A stretch of 64,000 nt of DNA, taken from the IMG/VR virus record IMGVR_UViG_3300045988_148502. One strand, written 5' to 3'. How positions within the stretch are numbered: position 1 is the first letter of the stretch; the number at the start of each line of letters is the position of its first letter. Under the pieces are notes generated by a model. It searched no databases and was not told the origin of the DNA. It saw nothing but the letters and a program-made list of their open reading frames with translations. This stretch comes from a virus. Below, in pieces: positions 46,501 to 58,500 of the stretch. A program made the translations under genes and the position numbers.

Positions 46501-49500
46501 CATAATTTCCGACTTTCAGTTCATACTGCTTTGCCACATCAGCGGCTTCTCCCAATATGTTTCTGTATCTGCCCGGTTCCGCAAGGTTCTCGTAACTGCG
46601 CCACAAGATGTAGCGAAGTTCGTTGTCCGATAGAGTAACCCCTCTGAAATCCTCAAAGCCTATCTTATGAAGCATATTCAAGAAGAAATCCTTTATCTGT
46701 TGCCACCAACTTGCGTTGATGTTCTCAAATTCAGTATCTTCTGCAAGCGAAGCAAGATATTCTTCGGTAGCCTTATGGAAATCCCAACCGTTTTTTGCAG
46801 CCATATCTACAATGCGTCTGCGTATGTTCTCATCGGCATTGTTGAATACATTATCAAGGAATGTATCAAAATGTTCTCCGAACAACTGGCGCAAACCATA
46901 GTGCGCCACAGCCTCATGCAGCAGTGTCTGTTCAACATCAAACGTACTTGTATGGTTGGGAATAACAATGGTTATCTTCCCTGTACTCTTCGAGTAGAAG
47001 CCTTTTGCACGCTGCTTCTTTCCATCCAAGACGGAAGCATCAGTAACAACCTCCACATTGTCAAGATGCAGTTTCTCTGCAAGGCTTTCCACACGTTCTG
47101 CCATTCTTTGGCGTTCACGCCGTGCAAATTCCCTCCGCTGCTTTGCCGTTCTCCTTGACTGACCGAGCAGCTTTGCCACTGGGTCATTCTCATAACTGAC
47201 TTCATCATCGTTATATGCACCAATGCCGTTACGTTGGAGAATATCAGTTGTGTCATCCTTTACTTTTACGCCTAATTTGGCAAGTTCCTTGACAACTTCT
47301 ATTATGCGCTCCTCGGGAATATCCGCACGCAACTTTCCTCGGTAAGGGTAGAAGTTTCCACCTGCGGCACGAAGCAAGGTTTTGTTCTCGTAGTAAACCG
47401 CACCGTCTTTCTTTGTCTTTGGAACAGTGAGGTAGAACATCTTTGCCCAACTGTTACCCATAATCTCGACCTTTCCATCGTGGCTTGTTATAGGAGTATA
47501 GTCTTTTATCTGTTGTAAACGACTGCTCAATGGAGCACCGCTCGTTTTCAGCATAGAAGCATTCCATTTGTCGGGCATTAAGATACCATCGTGAACATTA
47601 CCGTCAATGTCTGTATAACTAATGAGTTGTCCAGGATAGCCTCCGTATTCATCTTGTGTATCGGCTATAGCCTGCAAGATATTACCTGTCATAATGAAAC
47701 CTGTCTTTCGTGTCTCACTTGGTATCTGACTATCCCAATTATCAAGTGTGGTGGCACGTGCAGCATCCCAATTATCATTGGTTACCTTGTCAATGCTTCG
47801 CAACGCATCAATCTGTGAAAGTTTAATTTCAATACGTCTGCGACCGTCAAGGGTAGCAAATACCGCAAGTGTTGTTGAGGCTGTAATCTTGCTATCCTTT
47901 GTTTTGTAGCCACAGAAGATAGCAGAAGTAGCAAAGTCGAAAATCATTGACTCAAGGTTATCGGGCACAAGATAAGACTTGCCAACTTCAAACATTCTCA
48001 AGCGGCGCATCATCTGGTCGCTGTTCGTGTTGAGTCGCAAGATGTTGTCCTTATGCTTTGCCTCTACCTTTTCATTGGTCTCTGCGATAAAGTTATCTAT
48101 GGCAACACGCTTTTCTTCATCGCTGCGTTTCTTCTGACCATTGATTTTTTCTGTCTGCTTGGCTATGTCGTCAATGGCTTTTGCCTTTGATTTCTCGTAG
48201 CGTTCATCTTCTGCAGCAATTCTAACTTCGTCCTCCTTGCGGATAGTTTCAATAACATTGTCAAGATAGGTATTCGGCTCAACACCCTTGTTTATCTGTT
48301 CTATTACCTTGCGTATCTCATCCGCTTTCATCGGCTTTCTCAACACATCCATTTCCACCTTTTCAACAAATGAATTGCGAGCAAATGGATTGTTTCCATC
48401 AGGGTCTATGCCCTCAGAAGATATGCGTTTCTCGATAGTCGTTGCGCGGAGTGGCATTACAGTAATCTTTAAGTCGTTACTGCCGGTATCATTGAGATAT
48501 TTAATCAATTCGTTATAACGCCTTACGACATCATCGTAAAACTCCTCCTGCTCTTTTGTTGCCAATAGAGCGACATAACCTGTAATCTTGCGTGCATCAT
48601 CTTCTTGCGGTTTGTAATCTTCAAGTTCGCTTGCCTGCACACGACCACCTCCGAGTCCTCCCTTTTTCAAAGGAGTACCCATTTTCTCGTATATATCTAC
48701 ATTATCACGAAGATACTCAACAACAACTTGACTACCATACTTGTTGAGTAAATCCGGTGCTTCCACATCATTACTTTCACTATCCTGTGAGGTCGTGGTA
48801 TTAGCGTTCAACGATTTCAGTTTGGTGGAAAGCATCATCAGGAAACGGTTCTCGGCGGGTACAGGCAAACCGAGGTTGATGTAATAACCTCTATGCACCT
48901 GTCCTGTACGGTCTATACGTCCTATCATCTGCATATAGTCGTTAATATCGCTCAGCGGCTGTGCTATAATCATAGAACGCTGACGTTGGTCGCTGAATTT
49001 CTCTGAAGCGTGCAAACTGATACCTGTTGATGCAGACTTGTTGAGGATGAGGACATCAAGAACACCACTGTTGAACTCTCTCTGCATTTTCTTTTTGTCT
49101 TTGTCAGTTCTACGCTTGACAACGACACGTCCGTCATCGTTGCGCTCAACATACATATTACGTCCTGTCAATTCACCTACTTTGTATCCTTTCTTGTTCA
49201 GACGCTCGATAATGGCATCAAGTGGACTGATAAAGATATCGCTTGTGCTTTCACGAATGAAATCCTGCAACTCATAATATGCTTTTTCTCCTGCCGGACC
49301 TAATGCCTGTGGAGAATATCGCTCGTGGCGTTCGTTACCGTCCTCATCTTTGACGGTGTACTGCATAACGGTGTCAAGTCCTTTCAGTAGGCTTGCACTG
49401 AATGTTGGCTCATCAATGATTTCTCCTGCGGCATAGTCCTTAATACTGCTCTCCATTGTGCTTTCCAACGCAATAACAGGGTGGCGACCTGCATTGATTT

Positions 49501-52500
49501 CGCCTTCCACTTCATCTGCAATAGCATTGACTTTGAGGGCAAGCATAAGCTGCTTGGTGTAGTTGTAGGTCTTGCTTGCAAATGGCACGTTCTCAACGCC
49601 CATTTTATCTGTGCCTCGCTTCACACCTGCGCTCTCTGCCATAACAGCAAGTTCCATATCCAATGCTTCAATCATCGGCTTTACGTAGTCCTCTTGGAAT
49701 TTGATAATGGCATTGAATGCTGCTATGGTACGGTCGTAATTCTCTCTTGCACGTCTAACAGTTTCGGGGTCAGTGATTGTTTTCCAATCGGTAACAACAT
49801 CGCTCATATCTCGCTCTCTGCGTACCATTTGCCCTGCATTAGTCAATTCACGACTCATAATCTCTTGCAGAGTTACACCGCCTTTCTCAATGATACTAAT
49901 CATCTTATCCGGATCAACCTTTGCTTGGCTCATCGCTGTACGAATTGCATACAAAGGCATTGTGTCGGGACGCTTTGCGAACGTAGCACTTGCAAATGTG
50001 GCGGCTTTCGCTCCACGAAGAATACTTTGCAGATAGGCACCTGTATTGCTCGAACCTGCCGCCGTATGACTTTCATCAAGGAACAGATAGTTATCCTTTG
50101 CAATGGCACGTAAGAATGTGGCTTTCGGGGTAGCCTTGCCATTCTTCACGTTCTTGCTTTTCTTGGTGCGTGCGCCACTCTTTTTGGCAGCTTCCTCCAT
50201 TTCTTGCTGACTGACAACATCGCCAGTGTTTACCTGCGAATAGGTGAGTACAGCGAAGTCATATTCTTCGGGCAATGCTCCCGATGCAAAGACTTTTGCC
50301 ATTTCTGCGGAAGATAGAGGTTTGTGTACTGTATTACCTTTGCTATCAACCATAGCACCGTCAGAGTTGAATATAAACGGCACGAGGTCTCCACTTCCAA
50401 CATCTACCAAGTCTCGGTAAATATCGGAGAACAAGTCTGCTTTCTGTGTGATGAATACAGGTTTCTCACCTCGTTGCACTGCCCAACGAATAAGTGCTGC
50501 CATTTGGCGCCCCTTACCAACACCAGTTTGGTCGCCTATAATAAGGGCTTGTTCCTGTTTCATCTGATAGATTGCCATAGCGACACTGTCCATCTGCTCG
50601 GCGGCAAGTGCTTGATACGTTTCAGCAATGGTATCATATCCGAGTTCTGTCTTGACAAATTCATCTATGCTGCCGTGCTGTGCTTCAATTTGAGAAAGCA
50701 CTTTATCCATTGCCTCGACCATAGCTGCGGGGGCAACGCTTTCAAGTCTGAATGCTGTATTATGAGGACGATAAGGAAGTTTTTCTTCAGTCAAATCTCT
50801 TTTCTTGGGTTTTCCTTTTAATCCCAGTCCGATTCGTTGAACGTCCACTCCATCCACTGGCTGAGGCTCATTTCCCACAGTTCGTTGTTCAAGTCCTCTT
50901 CCGTCAGTTGAAGGCTTTCCAATGGTATCAGTTCCTCTCCCGGTCTCGCCAACTGTATCATTCTGTCCACGTTTTCCCAATACAGGTCGTTGGCCGCTCT
51001 CAGAGTTTCCCTCCAATCCGGTTCTTCCTCTCCGTTCTGTTTGGCTTCCACTCTCATCATCCGCCTCAGATTGTCTATTATGTCCTGCTCCGTCAGTTTC
51101 CCCGGATGCGTTGTCAGCGACAGACAGATGTCGCCCTCCTTGGCTACGTAATACTTCTGTTCCATTTGTCTTTTCATTAAAATTCAATACTTCGTTAATA
51201 ATCTCGTACAGGTCGTCAAAACTTTCAGCCTTGCGGATTGCTTTGTTCTCCACAGGAGGGTATACGGCAGTCTGCGCCCGTTCCTCATTGGTTCTGCGGC
51301 CATCTATCAGTATCATACGAGTGGGGAATGTTGTACCTTGCTTCGCATACAGTCCACCGCCCATGTCAATAACGCCTTTCACGTTATAGTGGTCATATAA
51401 GTAGGTGAAAAATGGTTTCATGCTCTTTATAGCACCATTGTTCGCATACTCCATATTTCCACCGATGATGATAGCGGCTCTGCCGTCATCTTTCATGCTT
51501 GAAAGAGCGTTCAATGTTATTTGCGGGTCAAGTCCCGGTATCTTCTTTCCATCATACTCAACTGCCTCACGCTTTCCGAATGGGGGATTGGCGATAACAA
51601 CATCATAACGCACATCGCCATCGAATGGCTCTGTCGCATCCTGCTGTGTTACTTGTGCAAATCCCTGTTCACGTAGGTTGTCCAGTCGTGTTTTGTCAAG
51701 TTCATTTACATGAACCTGTCCGACTGGAATAGTGAAAACTAACATCCCATTACCCGCAGTTGGTTCTAACACGCTTCCGTCTGCTTTGTCAGCCATTGCA
51801 AATCGGCCGGCAATCCAAGCCATAGGAAGAGGCGTGGAGTACTGCTGCATCTTTATACGGTTGCTGCTTCGTGCCGAAATGGTTGGTTGCATTTCATAAA
51901 GTTTGCAGATTAAATCGTATGATTCTCTGCTAGCACTTCCTTTACGTTCAATAACCTCACGTGCAGCTCTGACCAATCCGTCCTCAACAAGTTCCTGCAA
52001 CAAAATATCAGTTCTTCCATCATTATCTACCTCCATTCCCAACTCACTTGCACGCTTGCGTAGGTCTAAAATGCTTCTGTATGGCTTTGTCCCATTGTCA
52101 AGAGCCGCAAGCATATCAGCCTTTACTGTCATTGCAAATTGGCGATGCAGTTCTGCATCAGCCTTGTCATTTTCAGTAAGTAAATCACCAAATAACCCAC
52201 CTGTTTGATTCCGTGAATTTACTGCTTTTTTCTCATTCTTCTTACGTGCAGGGCGACTTTTTTTGATACGTTCCTGTGCAATCTCTGCCTCTTGCTCCAC
52301 CTCGGTCTCTCTTGTTACGGTTTCGGCGGTAGCAAGCGCATCAATACTTTTCTTATCGAAATTCGCCACATCGAATTGTTGTACCTCATCGTATGGAGTC
52401 ATGTCTGCATCCAGTCCGTTCTCTGCCACCTCCGGCAAATCTCTCGCACCATTGTAAAATGCTTTAAGGTAAGGGCGTATGGCATCGCCCAAGTCTGCAA

Positions 52501-55500
52501 TCATGGCCGTTGCATACTCGGCAAACTTACGTGAACCTTTCTCCAAATGGTAAACAGCCATCTCTGTTCCAATGGCAAGAATCTCAGGGTCTATACCTAT
52601 ATTCATTTGACCGAGCAACTTCTTACGCATACGCTCACGAAGTTCTGCATAACGCTCATCAGTAACAAGACGGTTACCACTCGCTTCAGTCTTTTTCTGC
52701 GAATTGTCTTGTTGTTGCTCACTCCGCATATCGTTGATAAGAGTTCGGACTTCATTAGCAAACTTATCTGCACTATCTTTAGTCAGGAAAATAATATTTC
52801 CTTCATGATAAACGTCTCCACCACGCTTCTCTCCTAAATCCATCACAGCCTGTTTTTCCGCATCAATCATCTTCATCAAAGTACGAACAGAATATCTGTT
52901 ATCCATTTCCTTGTCAACAACGAAATCTGTCCTTTTGTCACGAATTTCATCCTTTGCCTTGCGATCAAGTTCTCGGGTCTTAATTTTATTTTCGAGCGAA
53001 ATGCCAACTGCATCCAAAACTTCTTGCATACCGTTCTGAGGATTGCGAAGAATGTCTAACATTTCCTCTGGACTGTTGGTTGTCTGACGAAAACGTGCAT
53101 CACCAATAGGTATGGAACCGCTCACATCATCACGACTTAATGTAGTTTCCCCTGTTTCTTTATCAACAAAAACAGAGTATTGCCATATAGGAGTATATTC
53201 CTGCCTTTCCTCCTGCTTCGTGGCTTTCTGTTGTTGAGGTTCTGAAAACTGCACATTGCCGTCATTTACTTCTGACAAATCAGACAAAGACAAAGGTGGT
53301 TGTGATTGTGCATCGGTTGCATATTCTGCCAAGCGTTCAGCATCTTCCTTGCTCCGCATCATGAAGCCTTGCTTTTCCTTGTCCCACCAGCCTTTCAGTT
53401 GTTTGGCAAACATTGTGGTGTGCTTCCGAACAGTATCTCTTAATTCATTATTGAACTCCACAAGGTGCATATCCAACACCTTACCTCTTTTGGTGGTGTA
53501 CTGTGCCGGAGTAATGGTGTATGCAGCATCAGTCGGTGTTGTCGTTTCTTCATTGGAATTGCTTTGTTCTAACTTCCGCTGTTCAGCAAAGAGGTCGTTT
53601 ATTTCGGAAATAATGCGGGCTTCCTCAAATATATCACTCTGAACATGTGCGGCTTCTTGTTCCTTGTGCAGTTCTTCAATGCGTGACTTGATTTCAGAAA
53701 GTCTGTCGACTTGTGTACCTGAACTCTGTTCTTCAACACTTTTGACTGACTTGTATTCTGCAAACGCTTTTGTCTTCCGGTGGCTACTATCTATCCATTT
53801 CTCGAAATCCTCCAAGTTTACGGCAGTTACCACTGTCTTGTGATTATTTGCCCAGTCGCTGTCATAATTCGCGAAGTAAGCTGCCTCGGCATCGTCAGTC
53901 TCATTGAAACCAAGCATTACCTTATGCTCATCAAAGCTGCCGTCCTCATTATACTGGTCCACCACGAACACCCTGCGTCCGTTCCACCCGTCAATATCAT
54001 CAGAGAGGAACACGTCTATGTGGTCTCCATCCACGCCCTCCGTGCCACGAATGTAGCCGTAGGTGTTCTGCATGATCGTTTCCCACTTGTTGCCCTCTGT
54101 GTCTATTCCACTACGAACGGATCCTTTCGGGTTCTCAATGGTGATATTGAATGTACCAACCTGCACATGACCTTTCTTATAATTGCCAGCTTCTTTCTGT
54201 TTCTCCGTAGGAGTAGTATCGGTTTCTTTCTCTGCCACTGCAACAGCATTGGCTAAAGACAAAGATGCATCAATATAATTAAGAACATCCAATAAGTCTC
54301 CGAATGTTTGACCGTCATACTCATAAGCGCTACCTATATAATTACCTTTCGTATCAGGTGCATCAACTTTTATAACTTTATGAGTACCATCAACAATAAT
54401 TGTCTGTTTATAAGTATCGCCATACTTTCCGCTTTCAATCCAATCATCTTCTTGAACTTCAATACGTCTTGCTATTTTTGCACTAAGTTGATTGTCAGTA
54501 TCATCAGAAGACAGCATTTCTTCTTGTGATAAAGAAGATTCTATTTCGCTTTGTCCACCAATGCTTTCAGTTCTTCCTGTATCATCAGTTGTCCCATTTC
54601 CGTTCTCAACTCGTTCTCTTGGCGCAAGAGTTCCATTGCTTCCTTGCTGCCCTCGTTGGCTTGTTGCAGTATCGCCAACCAATACATTGCTTCGTTGTTG
54701 TCCATTGTAATCTAAATTTAATGCTTCTTTAATAGCCTGTACGAGCGTCCGAGGGGTATTGTCCGGTTGTTCGAACAGAGTTTCTTCCTGTGTGCCTTGT
54801 ATAAGGTCATAAATCTTGCCGAATGTATTTTGAATGAAGCTTTGGCTTTCACCTTTATACATTGCGGCCAAATGCAGGACAAAGTTACTGAAATTATCAG
54901 CAGGGAGATAACTTTCCCCAGTGACATCATCCATTTGATACTGGCGTTTCCAACTTTCTACGGCAGTACGTGCTTCCTTGAAGTTCTTTGCCTCTACAAA
55001 CATTTTATCTTGGGACAAAGCATAGTAAGCACGAACGGAATTCTGTATCTCATCTACCATTCGTTCACTGTTCGGACTATCATAATCACGAAAAGCAGTG
55101 GCAAGAATAGCCTTTTGTGCTTTTACCGGCAATACGTTGAACATTTCCTCCAACCGTGTACTACCGTCCTTGAAAATGCTTTGATACATGATACCACGCA
55201 AATCATTCTTGGATTCGGGAGTCAAGTTACCCTTGCTATCAAACGCACTCTTGTATTGTGTGGGACTGATGAAACCTCTTTGGCTCATCCATTTTAGGAC
55301 ACTTGCACCGTTGGCATCCACAAGCCCGGCAAACGACACTTCATCGTCCGAGGCTCTGAGTAACAGGTTGGCAAACGAACGTACTTCGATTCCCATACGC
55401 TGTAAGGCATTTTTCGGTTTGATTCGTTCCACACCTCCGCTTTCGGTGTCCTGTGCTACGTATTGTCCCAGAGGAATAGCCGTAGCATCGTCCACATGAA

Positions 55501-58500
55501 GCATATTTACCAGCACCGGACTTTGTAGGGCAGCAATATCTTCAGCACGCAAACCAAACTCTTCCGCATGGTCTTTCAGGTATTGCCTATATGCTTCGGC
55601 CTGTTCCGGATGGCTTTCCCACATCAGACGCAAGGCATCACTGCGGTTGTTTCCCTGTATAACTTCACCACGTTCGTTTACGGTCGGCGCACCGGTGTAA
55701 GCGGTAATACTCGATGTGATTTCTTCCGGACGAATGTTCCCGGCGATTTTCCGTGCAGACAATACGCTCGCTTCGTCATTTCGTTCCTTGGGTTGCGCTT
55801 CATCAATAAAATGCAGAGGATTACGCACACCTTGGATATGGCTCGGTTGCAACAACGATGCGTCAATCACGGCCACATGACCGGGAGCCAGCACATCATT
55901 GCTGAACTTCACGTTCACCTCTTTACCTTGTACGGTCTGCAATGGTTCTTGCCTGTCAATCTTATGGCCGTTCACACGTCTGTACCCCCTTGCGCGGGCA
56001 TCCTGCGGTGTATCATCCACCATGTCGGGAACTCCGTTAAGGGCTTCACGCTCGACGCGTTCGGCTTCCTCACGCTCTGCACGCAGCTTTTCTTCTTCCG
56101 CTTTGCGTAGGGCGGCAGCTTCATCAGCCATTCGTTTGCGTTCCGCATCCGCTGCCATTCTTCTACGGTTGGCAGTACCGGCTATCTTCTGCCAAGCGAG
56201 CAAATCCTGTTTGGCTGCATCAATCGCCGCTTTGCGTTCTTTCTCGGAAGCAATCTTTTCGGCAATGGAGTTGCCACCTTTCGATTTGGCTTTCTCCAAC
56301 TTCTTCAAGGCTTCTTCCTTGTCGGCAACCATTCCATCGGCTACGGTCTGTGCCATATCCTCATCACCCTCAGTCTGCTCCACAATGGCATCCCAAGCTG
56401 TGTCGCTGTCGGCCTGCTCATATAGTGGATTTCCCTGCTCATCCTTTGGTATTCTCTGCATGGCAGGAATATTTTGAGGGGCATTGTTATCATTTTCGGG
56501 AATATTTTCCGCACCATTGTTGCTCTCATTTTCGGCAGGATGTTCAAATGCCACTCCGTTATGCTCCAACAGCATATTGTCAAGTTCATCACGAGTGAAC
56601 AGGTTCACACGTTTTCCGTTGATAGGAGCTTCGGTAAATACCTCATACTTGCCGTCCGCATCGGCATCTGCTGTGATATTGCCACGGACGGTAACGCCGT
56701 TCTCATCGGTAAGCGAAACAATGTCATTGAGGGCGTATTGTGGTCTTTCAGCCTCTTGCATTTCCTGTTTCCGTTCGGCATTCTCAATGGTTCTCTGCTG
56801 CTCGAACTGCGCCACACGTGCCAAGTTTGCCGCATCAGCCTGTTGCTGTATGGTTTCTTTTGCCAACGGGAAGATATTCACGCCGTCCGATACGTTAACT
56901 GTGCCGTCCCCATTATCCACAATACCGTCTTCGTTGGCTACAATCTGAACCTGTATCTGTGCGTCATCTCCTGTAATGGTGTATGTATCGCCGGGGTTGA
57001 ATGTAACCACACCGTCAATCTTGTCGGATGCTTCCTGTGCGAACTGTTGAATGATAGCCTCCTCCGCTGTCATTTTCTCATCGGACGGGTTCAACGGCTC
57101 ATCAATGTTCAATACGGCATCGGGCGACACCTGTTCAAGTGCGCCTGTTTCCGCATCACGCACAATGATACTGCCGTCCGAAGCCCGGTTGTCAATGCCG
57201 CTGCCGTCTGCATACTGCACAAGGTTTCCACCCACCACATACACACGGCGGTCGTCCTGCTTCATCGTAGCCCCCTGTATCATGCCGGAGGTGCGGTTGG
57301 TGCGTGCGTCAACCATTGCGTTGCTTTGCTCCACACGTGCGTCTATATCATCACGCACACGCTGAATCATGCCGTCATATACCTGTTTGGCATTGAGGTA
57401 GTCAATAACCGTTTCCAACTCGCTTTCTCCCCAAAGGCCATTGTTCCGCATTTCCTCCAATGCATTCATAGGATGTATATCCAAAAAGCCAAGCGTGTTT
57501 TCATCCACTATGGCAGAAACCCTCTGCCGCTGGTAGTCACGCATATTCTTGGCATCGGTCATTTCCTGTGGGTCTGCGAGGTTGTAACCGTCAATGTAGC
57601 TTTCATTCATTGACTGCACATCCTCGTCCTGTTCGCCGCCCCGCTTCTGTGCGAGAGTACCGAGGTTAAAGCCCCTCATCATCAACGAACGCTCCATATA
57701 GGTAAGTATTGCGGCTCTCTCATCGTCCGAGAAATCCTTGTCGTTCACGATACCCTCTGCCACACTTCCAATGTCATCGTTGGTCGTAAGGTCTATTGTC
57801 GCCCTTAACGGCTCCCATATTTCTTTGCCAAGCAATTCTGTTGCACGGGCATCTGCCTTGTTTACTCCGTGCTTCATTGAAGCATACTGTACTCCCGACA
57901 AAGTAGCCTTACCTGCACCCATCAATCCCATAGAAAGAGCCATGCCGCCCCAAATGTCGCCATGGAATTGTCCTGTCGCAAGCAAATTGGTACGTGTGCC
58001 GTCCGGGTTCTGCTGATAAGCATCGTCGAGATTGAGCATGGTGCGCCACAATTGCCCATAGTATTCTTCCGTTACCTCTCCGAAATAGTCGCTCACACCC
58101 ATTTTGTTGAATAACTGATGTGTCTGTCCCATGATACCGTCCAACGCACCTGCATCAGTCTTTGAAAGTACTGCACCGATACGCTTTGCACCCACCACAT
58201 TGGCGAGTTTGCTCATATTTCCAAGAGTAACTACAGGGTCAAGGTGCGAACCGAACATTTCCGAATAGTTTTCAACGATGGCATTGGCTTCTCCTTGCCA
58301 AATGGCATTTCCCCAAGTCTTGTCGTTGGAAAAATCATAGTTTCCGTTCTCATCGACAACCACATCACCGAGTTTCCTGTCAATGATGTCGGCCGTGGTT
58401 TTCCCAGCCTGTACAGTGTTGGTCATCAGCGGAGCACGGAGAAGCAGGTCATCAGCGGTTGTTCCGAGAGCCTTGATAGTCCAGTTGGTGGCATACTGCC

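Noticed and set aside
56474-57613. Long antisense ORFs inside the giant genes (e.g. 56474..57613 + 379 aa, 58244..59056 + 270 aa, 42819..43634 + 271 aa, 27835..28461 + 208 aa, 39757..40386 - 209 aa)
   Set aside because: They lie opposite well-supported long genes. Their composition is Cys/His/Phe/Leu/Ile/Val-rich, as is typical of antisense translation. I recognise no motifs in them.
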